This document shows, one piece after another, positions 8,126 through 16,201 of a stretch of DNA of 25,964 nucleotides. Source of the DNA: Candidatus Methylomirabilia bacterium. Lineage in GTDB: Bacteria; Methylomirabilota; Methylomirabilia; Rokubacteriales; CSP1-6. A program made the translations under genes and the position numbers. Location of the stretch: NCBI GenBank assembly GCA_041492755.1, contig JBGPXN010000060.1, positions 1 through 25,964 on the forward strand, in the 5' to 3' direction. The first letter of the stretch is position 1. Each line of letters starts with the position of its first letter. The notes beneath the pieces are model-generated. The model did no database searches. It had not been told where the DNA came from and saw only the letters and a list, made by a program, of their open reading frames with translations.

Positions 8126-10263
8126 GAGCGGCCGTCGAACACGTCGGCGAACGTCTCGAGCGCGCGGAGCAGCGCCACCGGCGCCGCCTGTCCGAGCCCG
8201 CACAGCGACGCGGCCTGGATGGTTTCCGCGAGCGAGCGCGCGCGGTCGCGCACCGTCACGTCGCCTCCAATGTCGTCGAGCGTCGCGAGGAGCCGGGGCA
8301 GGCCCTCGCGACACGGCGTGCATTTGCCACACGATTCGTGGGCGTTGAACTCGAGCAGGATGCGCACGATCTCGGCGATGGAGGCGCCCACCGGAACGCC
8401 GACGACACCACCGGTCCCGGGCGACACGGGCCCGCGGGGCTCCATAGGCACGTCGAAGAGCGCCGCCGGAACGATGCTGCCCGACGGGCCGCCCACCACC
8501 GCGGCCACGAGTTGGCCCGCTCCGGTCGCGCCGCCGCCGATGCGCTCGAGGAGATCGCGCAGCGTGACGCCGTTGCGGACCTCCACCACACCGGGTCGCA
8601 GGAGCGGACCCGAGAGGCCGAAGAGCTTCGTGCCCCGCGCCTTGTCCGTCCCGAGACCCGCGAACCACTGCCCGCCGCGCTGCACGATGTCCGGCACCGC
8701 GGCCAGCGTTTCGACGTTGTTGATGACGGTGGGCCGGCCCCAGAGCCCGGACTCGACCGGGAACGGCGGCCGCGTGCGCGGCTGCGCGCGCCGGCCCTCG
8801 ATCGACTCCAGCAGCGCCGTCTCCTCGCCGAGCACGAACCCCCCGGCGCCGCGCCGGAGCTCGACGTGGCAACCGACGTCGCGACCGAGCATCCGCGCGC
8901 CCACGATGCCGGCCGCTTCCGCGTCGGCGACGGCGCGCGCCATCCGTCGCGCGGCCAGATCCGCCTCGCCGTGGACGTAGAGAATGGCGCGCGTCGCGCC
9001 CGCGGCGTACGCGGCAAGCAGGACGCCTTCGAGGATCCGGTGCGGATCGCCCTCCATGAGGTGGCGGTCCTTGAAGATTCCGGGCTCGCCCTCCTCGCCG
9101 TTGAGCACGACGTACTTGGGCTGGCCTGCCGCGCGCCGGCACGCCTCCCACTTGAGCGCGGCCGGGAAGTAAGCGCCGCCGCGGCCTTCGAGCCCCGACG
9201 CTTTCACGCGCGCGATCACGTCCTCCGGCGGGCCATCAAGGGCCCCGGCGAGGGCCGCGTAGGCGCCGGCGCGGAGCGCGTCGCCGACGTCTTCCGGGTC
9301 GATCGTGCCGGTGCGCCGCAAGAGCACGCGCTCCTGGCCCTGCCAGAACGGATGATGCGCGATCGGCGGGAGCCCACGCCAGGGACCGTCATCCCGGGCC
9401 ATGCCGCTGAACCCCGCGTGAGCCAGGTCGCCGCCCGGCGCGGTGAGCGCATCCAGCAGGCGCGGTACCCTCGCCGGCGTCACCCGCTCCACGAGCGAGC
9501 GCGGCACCCCGGACGTGCGGATCTCCACCACCGGTGCCGCGTAGCACATGCCGTTGCACGCGCCCTCGACGACGGACGCAGCGATCCCGCGCACACCGAC
9601 CTCGGCGCGCAGCGCCCCGAGCACATCGCCCGCGCCGACGGCCCGACCGCACGTCCCCGCCTGAACGAGGAGCGTCAACGGCGGCCGCGCACCCGGGGCC
9701 TCCCCGGCCCGGCGGACCAGCTCCGCGTGGAACGCCCTCGCGCTCTCGGCCGCGACGCCGCCGCTGGTGAGTGCCGCGACCTCACGGGTGGAACCATGCG
9801 CCGCGCGCGCATCATCGTGGAACCACCGACCGACGTCTCGCACATCGGCGAGGCCCACGCGGCCGTGGCATTCGCCGTCGACCTCGACCAATGGGGCCAT
9901 CGAGCACGCGAAGAAACAATCGGCGCGCTCGAGCGTGAGCGTGCGCTCGGCCCCCATCGCGCCGGGCGTCACGCCGCGCTCGTGAGCAATCGTCTCGAGC
10001 AGTCGTTGGCCACCGAGCAGCGCGCAGGACACGCCGGTGCAGACGCGAACGTGATGCCGGCCGCGCGCGGCCAGGCGAAACTCGGGATAGTGCGTGGCCA
10101 CGCCGTAGACCTCGCTCGCCGGAACACGGACGTGGGCCGCGGTGGCGGCCAGCGCCGCTTCCGGCAGCCAGCCGAGCGCGTGCTGGACGGCGTGGAGCGC
10201 CGGCAGCAACGCCGACCGCTCACGTGGAAAGGCCGCGAGCACGTCCGCGAGGTCGCCGTCCAC
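8122..10263 (-). CDS. NAD(H) diaphorase subunit of formate dehydrogenase: fused NuoE-like [2Fe-2S] + thioredoxin-like ferredoxin + NuoF-like FMN/[4Fe-4S]
   Basis: NuoE part VCTGVSC...DCFFACSMAP; Trx-Fd part GTCG...GACNGMCYAAP; NuoF part GRGGAYFP, NGEEGEPGIFKDR, GEETAL, INNVET, ESCGKCTPCREG, SLCGLG. Confidence 0.9.
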   Translation of the reverse strand: MDGDLADVLAAFPRERSALLPALHAVQHALGWLPEAALAATAAHVRVPASEVYGVATHYPEFRLAARGRHHVRVCTGVSCALLGGQRLLETIAHERGVTPGAMGAERTLTLERADCFFACSMAPLVEVDGECHGRVGLADVRDVGRWFHDDARAAHGSTREVAALTSGGVAAESARAFHAELVRRAGEAPGARPPLTLLVQAGTCGRAVGAGDVLGALRAEVGVRGIAASVVEGACNGMCYAAPVVEIRTSGVPRSLVERVTPARVPRLLDALTAPGGDLAHAGFSGMARDDGPWRGLPPIAHHPFWQGQERVLLRRTGTIDPEDVGDALRAGAYAALAGALDGPPEDVIARVKASGLEGRGGAYFPAALKWEACRRAAGQPKYVVLNGEEGEPGIFKDRHLMEGDPHRILEGVLLAAYAAGATRAILYVHGEADLAARRMARAVADAEAAGIVGARMLGRDVGCHVELRRGAGGFVLGEETALLESIEGRRAQPRTRPPFPVESGLWGRPTVINNVETLAAVPDIVQRGGQWFAGLGTDKARGTKLFGLSGPLLRPGVVEVRNGVTLRDLLERIGGGATGAGQLVAAVVGGPSGSIVPAALFDVPMEPRGPVSPGTGGVVGVPVGASIAEIVRILLEFNAHESCGKCTPCREGLPRLLATLDDIGGDVTVRDRARSLAETIQAASLCGLGQAAPVALLRALETFADVFDGRS

Positions 10264-10279
10264 CCCGGGGGGCCGCCGC

Positions 10280-12991
10280 TCAGCGCGCGGCGAGGGCGTG
10301 GGCGCGCTCGATCCGCACGGCGCAGACCTTGTATTCGGGAATCTTCGAGATCGGGTCGGAGGCGGAGTTGGTCAGGAAGTTGGCGGCCGACTCCTGCAGC
10401 TTCACGAACGGGATGAAGATCGCGCCCGGCCGCAAGCCGTCGGTCAGCCGCGCGTAGCCGTAGAGCTCGCCCCGGCGCGACGTGACCCGCACGCGATCAC
10501 CGTCGTCGATCCCGAGGGCGCGCGCGTCCCGGAATTGAATCGCCACCTCCAGACGCGGAGCGAGCTCGAGCAGTCCCGGGACCCGCCGTGTCATCGTTCC
10601 GCCGTGCCAGTGATAGAGCAGCCGGCCCGTATTGAGGATGAACGGATAGTCGCGGTCGGGCAGCTCGGCGGCCGTCTCGATTTGCCGCGCGGCGATGAAC
10701 CGCCCCTGGCCGCGCGGGAACGACTCCGCGTAGAGAAAGCGCGTGCCCGGATGCTCCGGGGTCGGGCACGGCCACTGCAGCCCACCGTCGCGGTCCAGGC
10801 GCGCGTGCGAGATCCCGCGCAGGAACGGCGTCAGCCGCGCCAGCTCGTCGAAGACCTCCGCGGCGCCGCCGTAGGCAAACTGATCGTCGACGTTCAGCCC
10901 GAGCCGGCGCGCCACCCGCTTGGCCAGCTCCGCGGTGATCCACCAGTCCGGCCGCGCCTGTCCCGGCGGGTCGAGCGCCTGGCGCACGCGCTGCACGCGC
11001 CGCTCCGAGTTGGTGAACGTGCCCTCCTTCTCGGCGAACGCCGCCGCGGGCAGGAACACGTCGGCGCGCTCGGCCGTCTCGTGGCGGAACAGGTCCTGGA
11101 CGACGAGGAAATCGAGCTGGCCGAACGCCTTCTCGGCGTGGTGCAGATCGGGCTCCGACAGCAGCGGGTTCTCCCCGACGACGTACATGGCCGAGATGCC
11201 GCCGCTGAGACACGCCTCGACCATCTCGGTCACCACCAACCCGGGCTGCGCGGGAGGCCGCACGCCCCAGGTGCCCTCGAAGACGTCGAGGGTGGCCGCG
11301 TCGTACCCCTGGTAGCCCGGCAGGTTGGTGGGGATGCAGCCGGCGTCGCCGCAGCCCTGCACGTTGTTCTGCCCGCGCAGTGGCGAGATCCCGGAGCCCG
11401 GAAAGCCCATCTGACCGGTGACGAGCGAGAGATTGAGCAGCGCGTGCGCGTTGTGGATGCCGTTGACGTGCTGGGTAACGCCCATCCCCCAGACGAGGCA
11501 CGAGCCCCGGTGGGGCGCTCCCGCGAGGTCAGGCCGCGCGTACCAGCGCGCCGCGCGCGCGATGTCGGCGGAGGGCACGCCGGTGACCTCGGCCGCGTGC
11601 TCCAGGCTGAATGGCGCCAGCGACGCGCGCCATTCGTCGAAGCCCTCCGTGCGCAATCGGATGAACTCGCGGTCCGCCAGCCCTTCGTCGAGGACGAGCT
11701 TCGCCATCGCGTTGAAGAGCGTGACGTCGGTGCCCGGGCGCTGCGCGATCCAGAGATCGGCCTGGTTGCAGAGCTCGATGCGGCGCGGGTTGACGACGAC
11801 GATGCGCGCGCCGCGGCTCATCGCGCGCCGGAACCGCACGGCGATGACGGGATGATTCGCCGACGCGTCGGCCCCGACGATCAGCACGCACCCGGTCTCC
11901 TCGTAATCCACGTACGAGTTCGACGTCGCGCCCGAGCCCATCGACGCCAGCATCGCTTCCACCGACGGCGAGTGGCAGAGGCGGGTGCAGTGATCGACGT
12001 TGTTCGTCCCCATGACGACGCGGCAGAACTTCTGCACGACGTAACCGTCCTCGTTGGTGGCCTTCGCGGAGGCGAGCGCGCCGAAGCGCCCGCGGTGGCG
12101 CGCGAACCCGGCGGCCGCCGTGTCCAGCGCCTCGTCCCACGACGCTTCCCGCCAGCGGCCGTCGTGTTTGACCAGCGGCGTGATCACACGGTCAGGTGCG
12201 TGGACGAAGCCGGTGCCGAAGCGCCCCTTCACGCACAGCATGCCGAGGCTCGAGCGGTTGTCGGGCACGTCGTCCGCCATGATGCCGAGCCGGCCGTCGG
12301 CGCGGACATGGAGCGCGATCCCGCAGCCGACGCCGCAGTACGGGCACGTCGTCTGCACCGTGCGGGTGACGGTCGCCGGCTGCTCCTTGGGCCGCAGCGC
12401 GCCGGTCGGACACGTCGCCACGCACTGGCCGCACGACGTGCACACGGAATCGGCCAGCGCGCCGTCACCGGCGACCCCGACCTTCATGGCGTGCCCGCGG
12501 CCGAGCATGGCGATGGCGCCGATCTGCTGCACGTCGTCGCAGGCGACGGTGCAACGGCCGCAGAGGATGCACGCCTCACGGTCGAGCACGAAGAACGACT
12601 TGCTCGCGTCCACCGGAGCCCGGTGCAACGCGCTCCACGACGGCGTCGCGACCCCGTGACGCGCGCACGCCGTCCCCACCTGCCCGAAGGCGTCGCGTTC
12701 CGGGCCGGGGGTGAGCATCGCGCGCGTGAGATCGAGGACACCGGTCCGAATGCGCGTCACGTCGGCGTCCGTCGTGCTGACCGTCATGCCGTCGCGCGCC
12801 GGGAGATGACAGGCGGCGGGCGTGCCCCGCATCCCGTCGACCTTCACGAGGCAGGTGCGACAGGCGCCGAGCGGAGCACGATCGGGATCCTTGCAAAGCT
12901 GGGGCAGCGCGATACCGAGCGCGTTCACGGCGTCCAGCACCGTGGCCCCAGGTCCAACGTCGATCGTCGCGCCGTCAATGGTCAGACGCAT
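10280..12991 (-). CDS. fdhF: Formate dehydrogenase alpha subunit (Mo/W-bis-MGD, Cys ligand), FdsA/FdhF type
   Basis: Start ATG 12991 (MRLTIDG). [2Fe-2S] LC...GACRTC; 2x[4Fe-4S] CILCGRCTVAC and CTSCGQCVATCP; CPYCGVGC; active site NNVDHCTRLCHSPS; LRGQNNVQG; PEYKVCAV. Confidence 0.93.
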   Translation of the reverse strand: MRLTIDGATIDVGPGATVLDAVNALGIALPQLCKDPDRAPLGACRTCLVKVDGMRGTPAACHLPARDGMTVSTTDADVTRIRTGVLDLTRAMLTPGPERDAFGQVGTACARHGVATPSWSALHRAPVDASKSFFVLDREACILCGRCTVACDDVQQIGAIAMLGRGHAMKVGVAGDGALADSVCTSCGQCVATCPTGALRPKEQPATVTRTVQTTCPYCGVGCGIALHVRADGRLGIMADDVPDNRSSLGMLCVKGRFGTGFVHAPDRVITPLVKHDGRWREASWDEALDTAAAGFARHRGRFGALASAKATNEDGYVVQKFCRVVMGTNNVDHCTRLCHSPSVEAMLASMGSGATSNSYVDYEETGCVLIVGADASANHPVIAVRFRRAMSRGARIVVVNPRRIELCNQADLWIAQRPGTDVTLFNAMAKLVLDEGLADREFIRLRTEGFDEWRASLAPFSLEHAAEVTGVPSADIARAARWYARPDLAGAPHRGSCLVWGMGVTQHVNGIHNAHALLNLSLVTGQMGFPGSGISPLRGQNNVQGCGDAGCIPTNLPGYQGYDAATLDVFEGTWGVRPPAQPGLVVTEMVEACLSGGISAMYVVGENPLLSEPDLHHAEKAFGQLDFLVVQDLFRHETAERADVFLPAAAFAEKEGTFTNSERRVQRVRQALDPPGQARPDWWITAELAKRVARRLGLNVDDQFAYGGAAEVFDELARLTPFLRGISHARLDRDGGLQWPCPTPEHPGTRFLYAESFPRGQGRFIAARQIETAAELPDRDYPFILNTGRLLYHWHGGTMTRRVPGLLELAPRLEVAIQFRDARALGIDDGDRVRVTSRRGELYGYARLTDGLRPGAIFIPFVKLQESAANFLTNSASDPISKIPEYKVCAVRIERAHALAAR

Positions 12992-13247
12992 GTGTCGGCC
13001 TATTGTACGGCAGTCGTCGCGCCCCGCCGGACCACACGCGGACGAGCCCGCCGGGGAACACCAGCGCGGCGGCGAGCAACAGCGCGCCTTCCGCAAGGAG
13101 GATGCCGAGCGGGCCGAGCGTGGCCAGCGCAAAGGAGACGCCACGGAGCGGCATGAGAACGGTCGACGCCACGCCGGCGACCAGCGCTGCCGCCAGGACG
13201 GCGGCGCCGAGCCCCAGCGGCAACGGCCAGCCGTACGCGGTTGCCAA
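12975..13247 (-). pseudogene. Small hydrophobic ORF, probable internally deleted remnant of a branched-chain amino-acid ABC permease (LivM-like)
   Basis: GWP...AALVAGV...PLRGVSFALATLG (cf. LivM LRLRGxYFALATL) is joined directly to LVFPGGLV (cf. LivM C-terminal PxGL). Only 90 aa, TTG start. Confidence 0.5.
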
Positions 13248-13338
13248 TCGCTGTCCGGCGCCGAAAAAATGTCAGTGGCCCGGAAAAAGTTTTCACGTCT
13301 TGCGGCGGCCGACTGACTCCCGTACCGTCGCGGACGCC

Positions 13339-14019
13339 ATGCCTTGCTTCGTTCGTCGATGGACGGCCCGCGAGGGCCATGAGCCGCAGCTCGGCCACGC
13401 CCTCGTCGATGCGCACGAGGCCTTCGTCGCGAAGTCGACGCGCCTGATGGAAGGCCTGCTCTATCGCGAGCGCGGCGCCGGCCGCGAGTTCTTCGGCGTC
13501 GCCGTCTACGACCGTCCCGACGCGGTGGACAGTCCGGAACCCTCCGGCCTGCTTGCCTCACTGGACCCCATCACGGGGGCGCACGCCGAGCGCGGCACCG
13601 ACTCGCTGGAGATGGACCCGCTGTTCGACCTGACGACCATTGGCCGGCCGTCACCCCATGGCCTTGCCGGGGTGCTGGTGGCCGCACCCGGCAAGGCCGT
13701 TGCGCTGACGGGGCTGCTGATCGGCTTGGCGTGCGAGATTCAGCATCGCCTCGCGCTCAGCCGCCTGCTGGTGGGCCGGGCCGCGTACACTCGGTCGCGG
13801 TTCTTCGTCCTGCTGTCCTCGCCGACGCGGATCGATCTCGACGACGACCTGCGGTCGTCGCTGGGCCGCGAGCACGTCGGTACGCTGCGGCCGCTCTTGT
13901 CGGCGCCCCCGCGCTGGTACGCCCTCGACCCGGTGTGGCAATACTTCCGCCGGGAGACCAGCTCCTGGCGCGGGCCGCAGCTTCAGGCCGCGCGCGACCT
14001 TCGCGAGCGCGCCTCATAG
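13339..14019 (+). CDS. Hypothetical protein, possibly tandem ABM-like (dimeric alpha-beta barrel) domains
   Basis: ATG 13339 gives 226 aa with GC3-biased codons. Two halves share a similar pattern (WTAREGHEPQL...LLYRERGAGREFFGV; LVAAPGKAVAL...VGRAAYTRSRFFVL). Confidence 0.6.
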   Translation: MPCFVRRWTAREGHEPQLGHALVDAHEAFVAKSTRLMEGLLYRERGAGREFFGVAVYDRPDAVDSPEPSGLLASLDPITGAHAERGTDSLEMDPLFDLTTIGRPSPHGLAGVLVAAPGKAVALTGLLIGLACEIQHRLALSRLLVGRAAYTRSRFFVLLSSPTRIDLDDDLRSSLGREHVGTLRPLLSAPPRWYALDPVWQYFRRETSSWRGPQLQAARDLRERAS

Positions 14020-14061
14020 ACCTTCGGCAGCACCTCGCGCTCGGTCGGCGGGCTGAACGGA

Positions 14062-14113
14062 GAGCGCGGGGCGTCCGCCCGTGACGGTCACCGGGCGGCG
14101 GACGCCCGCGCTC
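14062..14113. terminator. Long GC hairpin between convergent genes (possible bidirectional terminator)
   Basis: GAGCGCGGGGCGTCCGCC ... GGCGGACGCCCGCGCTC pair with one bulge. No U-tract. Confidence 0.4.
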
Positions 14114-14126
14114 CCGACGGCTTCGC

Positions 14127-14387
14127 TCAGGCCGCGTCCCTGTCGCGCTTGGCGTCGTGCGCGGCATCCTCCGCATCGCCGGCGACGTCGCTGGCCGTGT
14201 CCTCGGCCTCGTCCACGACGTCGCGCGCCGTGTCCTTGGCCTTGCCCCAGGCGTGCTGGACCTTGCCTTCGGCCTTCTCGACCTCGCCCTCGGTCTCGAG
14301 GTCGGGGTCGTTCATCATCTCGCCGGCTTTTTCCTTGATGTAGCCCGTGGCTTCCTTGGCTTTCCCCTTGATCTCGTCCTTGTCCAT
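14127..14387 (-). CDS. csbD: CsbD family stress protein
   Basis: MDKDEIKGKAKEATGYIKEKAGEMMNDPDLETEGEVEKAEGKVQHAWGKAKD. RBS GGGAGG upstream of ATG 14387. Confidence 0.9.
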   Translation of the reverse strand: MDKDEIKGKAKEATGYIKEKAGEMMNDPDLETEGEVEKAEGKVQHAWGKAKDTARDVVDEAEDTASDVAGDAEDAAHDAKRDRDAA

Positions 14388-14459
14388 GACACCCTCCCAG
14401 ATGACTCGACGCCGGTGCCGGCGTCGTCTCCAGAAGGTGCAAGGGCGTTGCCACCGGCT

Positions 14460-14787
14460 GGCTCCACACCGAGCCGCGCGAGCGCATCGACCGCGCCGGG
14501 ACGAACCTGATCGAGCGTGCACGCGGCGGGCAACTTGTCGGGGTGCCAGCAGAAACTTCGCTCCGTGGCGGAATCGGTCACCGGAAAAGTGGTCGTAACG
14601 GACTTCGCACACGAGGGCGGGCCGGAGCGGATGCCACGGGGTCTCGCGTCCCCGGCTCCAACGGCTCGGTCCGCCGGGCGCGCTCCCCGTGAAGCCGGGC
14701 GGCGCCACCAGCGGCTCCACGATTCCCTCGAGCGTGCGGCGCTCGTCGGCGGTGAAGCTCGCAAAACCCGACGTGGTGGAGGATACC
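14460..14787 (-). pseudogene. ligC: C-terminal (OB-domain) remnant of ATP-dependent DNA ligase LigC, two frameshifts
   Basis: GILHHVGFC /shift ~14760/ SFTADERRTLEGIVEPL...APGGPSRWS...LRPALVCEVRYDHFSGDRFRHGAKFL /shift ~14549/ WHPDKLPAACTLDQV. The adenylation domain is absent. The 3' boundary is approximate. Confidence 0.8.
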
Positions 14788-15918
14788 TTAGCGGGCGGTG
14801 CCGGTCGGGAGCGGTCCGGTGACGAAGACGAACGGCGTATCGGCGAGGTCGATCTGTCGCGAGCCGGGTACGCGGTGGCCCCGGGCGTCACGGACGAGAT
14901 CGAGCCGCGGGCGGAGCGGCTGCGTGCGGTTCACGTGCGCGACCCGTGCGATCTCGCCCGTGCTGAGCGAGACCAGCGTGCCCGGCGGGAAGAACGACAT
15001 CTCGGTCAGCAGCGCTTTGATGAGCGCGGGTGGGAAGGCGCCGCGCTTCGTCCTGGCCAGCTCGCGAATCGCCTCGTGGGGCGTGAGCCGCGCATCCCCC
15101 GCTGCCGGCCCGGTGAGCCCGGCGTAGACGTCGGCGAGCCCGAGGATCTTCGCGTCGGCGTCGATGTCCGCACCCGCGATCCGGCGCGGGAAGCCTTGCC
15201 CCTGCTCCCGCTCGTGGTGGTCACGAATGGCCGCGACGATGCTCAGCGATGGCGGCGCCCACGTGGCGACTTGCGCGGCCGAGCGCTCCGGATGCGCCAG
15301 GTACTGGGCCTCCTCGGACAGCGCGGCGTCGCGCTCCTGCCACAGAGCGACGTCGATCAGCGCGCCCGCCATGCCCAGCCCGATCACCCGGCGACGGTCG
15401 TGGGCGAGCGAGCGGCCCAGGCACATCGCGAAGACGACGACTCGTGCCTGGTGGAAGGCCAGCGGATGGACGTGCGCGGGCAACTCGCGCTGTCCCACGA
15501 CCGCGATGAGCTCGTCCGACGTCTCGAGTGCGGTGAGCAGATCCTCCAGCAGGTTGTCCAGCGTCGTCCACGGGAAGAACCCCGACGGGCCGAAGAACGT
15601 CGGGACGGCGGCGAGGAACGATTCCATGGCCTCGAGCAACCCCAACGGATCTGCGATCGGCGGTGCGGGCGGTGGCGTGGCCGCGGCCAGGGTTGGAACA
15701 AGCGGGCGAGCCGGCCGGGACGCGACGGCGGCGACGCCTGCCGTCGCGGCGGTGCCTGCCGCATCGCGAAACAAGCTCGGGACGACACGAGACGCGCGAG
15801 CGGCGAGCGGCAAGCTCGGGACCACACGGGGAGCGGGAGCGACGAGTGCCCGGCGACCGCGATCGTCTCCCGGCGGAGCGTCGTCGGTCCGAGGCACCAG
15901 ATCGATCAGACGAACCAT
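14788..15918 (-). CDS. HD-GYP domain protein, degenerate (likely inactive c-di-GMP phosphodiesterase homolog)
   Basis: HPERS, DHHEREQGQGFP, ILGLADVYAGL, FPPGTLVSLSTGEIARV...PLRP. The HD position reads ALIDV. Low-complexity Pro/Ala N-terminus. Confidence 0.8.
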   Translation of the reverse strand: MVRLIDLVPRTDDAPPGDDRGRRALVAPAPRVVPSLPLAARASRVVPSLFRDAAGTAATAGVAAVASRPARPLVPTLAAATPPPAPPIADPLGLLEAMESFLAAVPTFFGPSGFFPWTTLDNLLEDLLTALETSDELIAVVGQRELPAHVHPLAFHQARVVVFAMCLGRSLAHDRRRVIGLGMAGALIDVALWQERDAALSEEAQYLAHPERSAAQVATWAPPSLSIVAAIRDHHEREQGQGFPRRIAGADIDADAKILGLADVYAGLTGPAAGDARLTPHEAIRELARTKRGAFPPALIKALLTEMSFFPPGTLVSLSTGEIARVAHVNRTQPLRPRLDLVRDARGHRVPGSRQIDLADTPFVFVTGPLPTGTAR

Positions 15919-16032
15919 GGCGTCGTAGTCACCTCGTCGAGACTACGACACAGGATCGAAACAGGATCGAATGCGGGTCGCCGGTGCCACCCCGGCACTC
16001 CTGCCGGGAGCGCCGGGCGCTCGGCTCGCTGG

Positions 16033-16188
16033 TCAGGCCGCGGAGGGGAACCGGGGCGGCCGCTTCTCGCGGATGGCTCGGACGCCTTCGCGAACGTCGG
16101 GGTGCGCGAACGTCAGCATCTCGAGCGCAAGGGACTGGTCGAAGATGGGCCCGGCCTGCCGCATCCAGTTGTTGAGCGCGCGCTTCAT
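16033..16188 (-). pseudogene. C-terminal remnant of enoyl-CoA hydratase/isomerase (51 aa, below the ORF-track cutoff)
   Basis: [51 protein letters not shown], the crotonase C-terminal signature (DxREG..A..EKR.P.F). Confidence 0.75.
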
Positions 16189-16201
16189 ACGGTGCGGCGG
16201 C

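Noticed and set aside
3740..13156. Long antisense ORFs (3740..5569, 5633..7393, 8338..10416, 10142..13156)
   Set aside because: Shadow ORFs typical of high-GC DNA, opposite well-supported genes and lacking motifs (apart from the 6239-6406 relic).
12992..13561. N-terminal extension of FDH (1093-aa ORF)
   Set aside because: Low-complexity non-homologous translation overlapping other features; homology begins at MRLTIDG.
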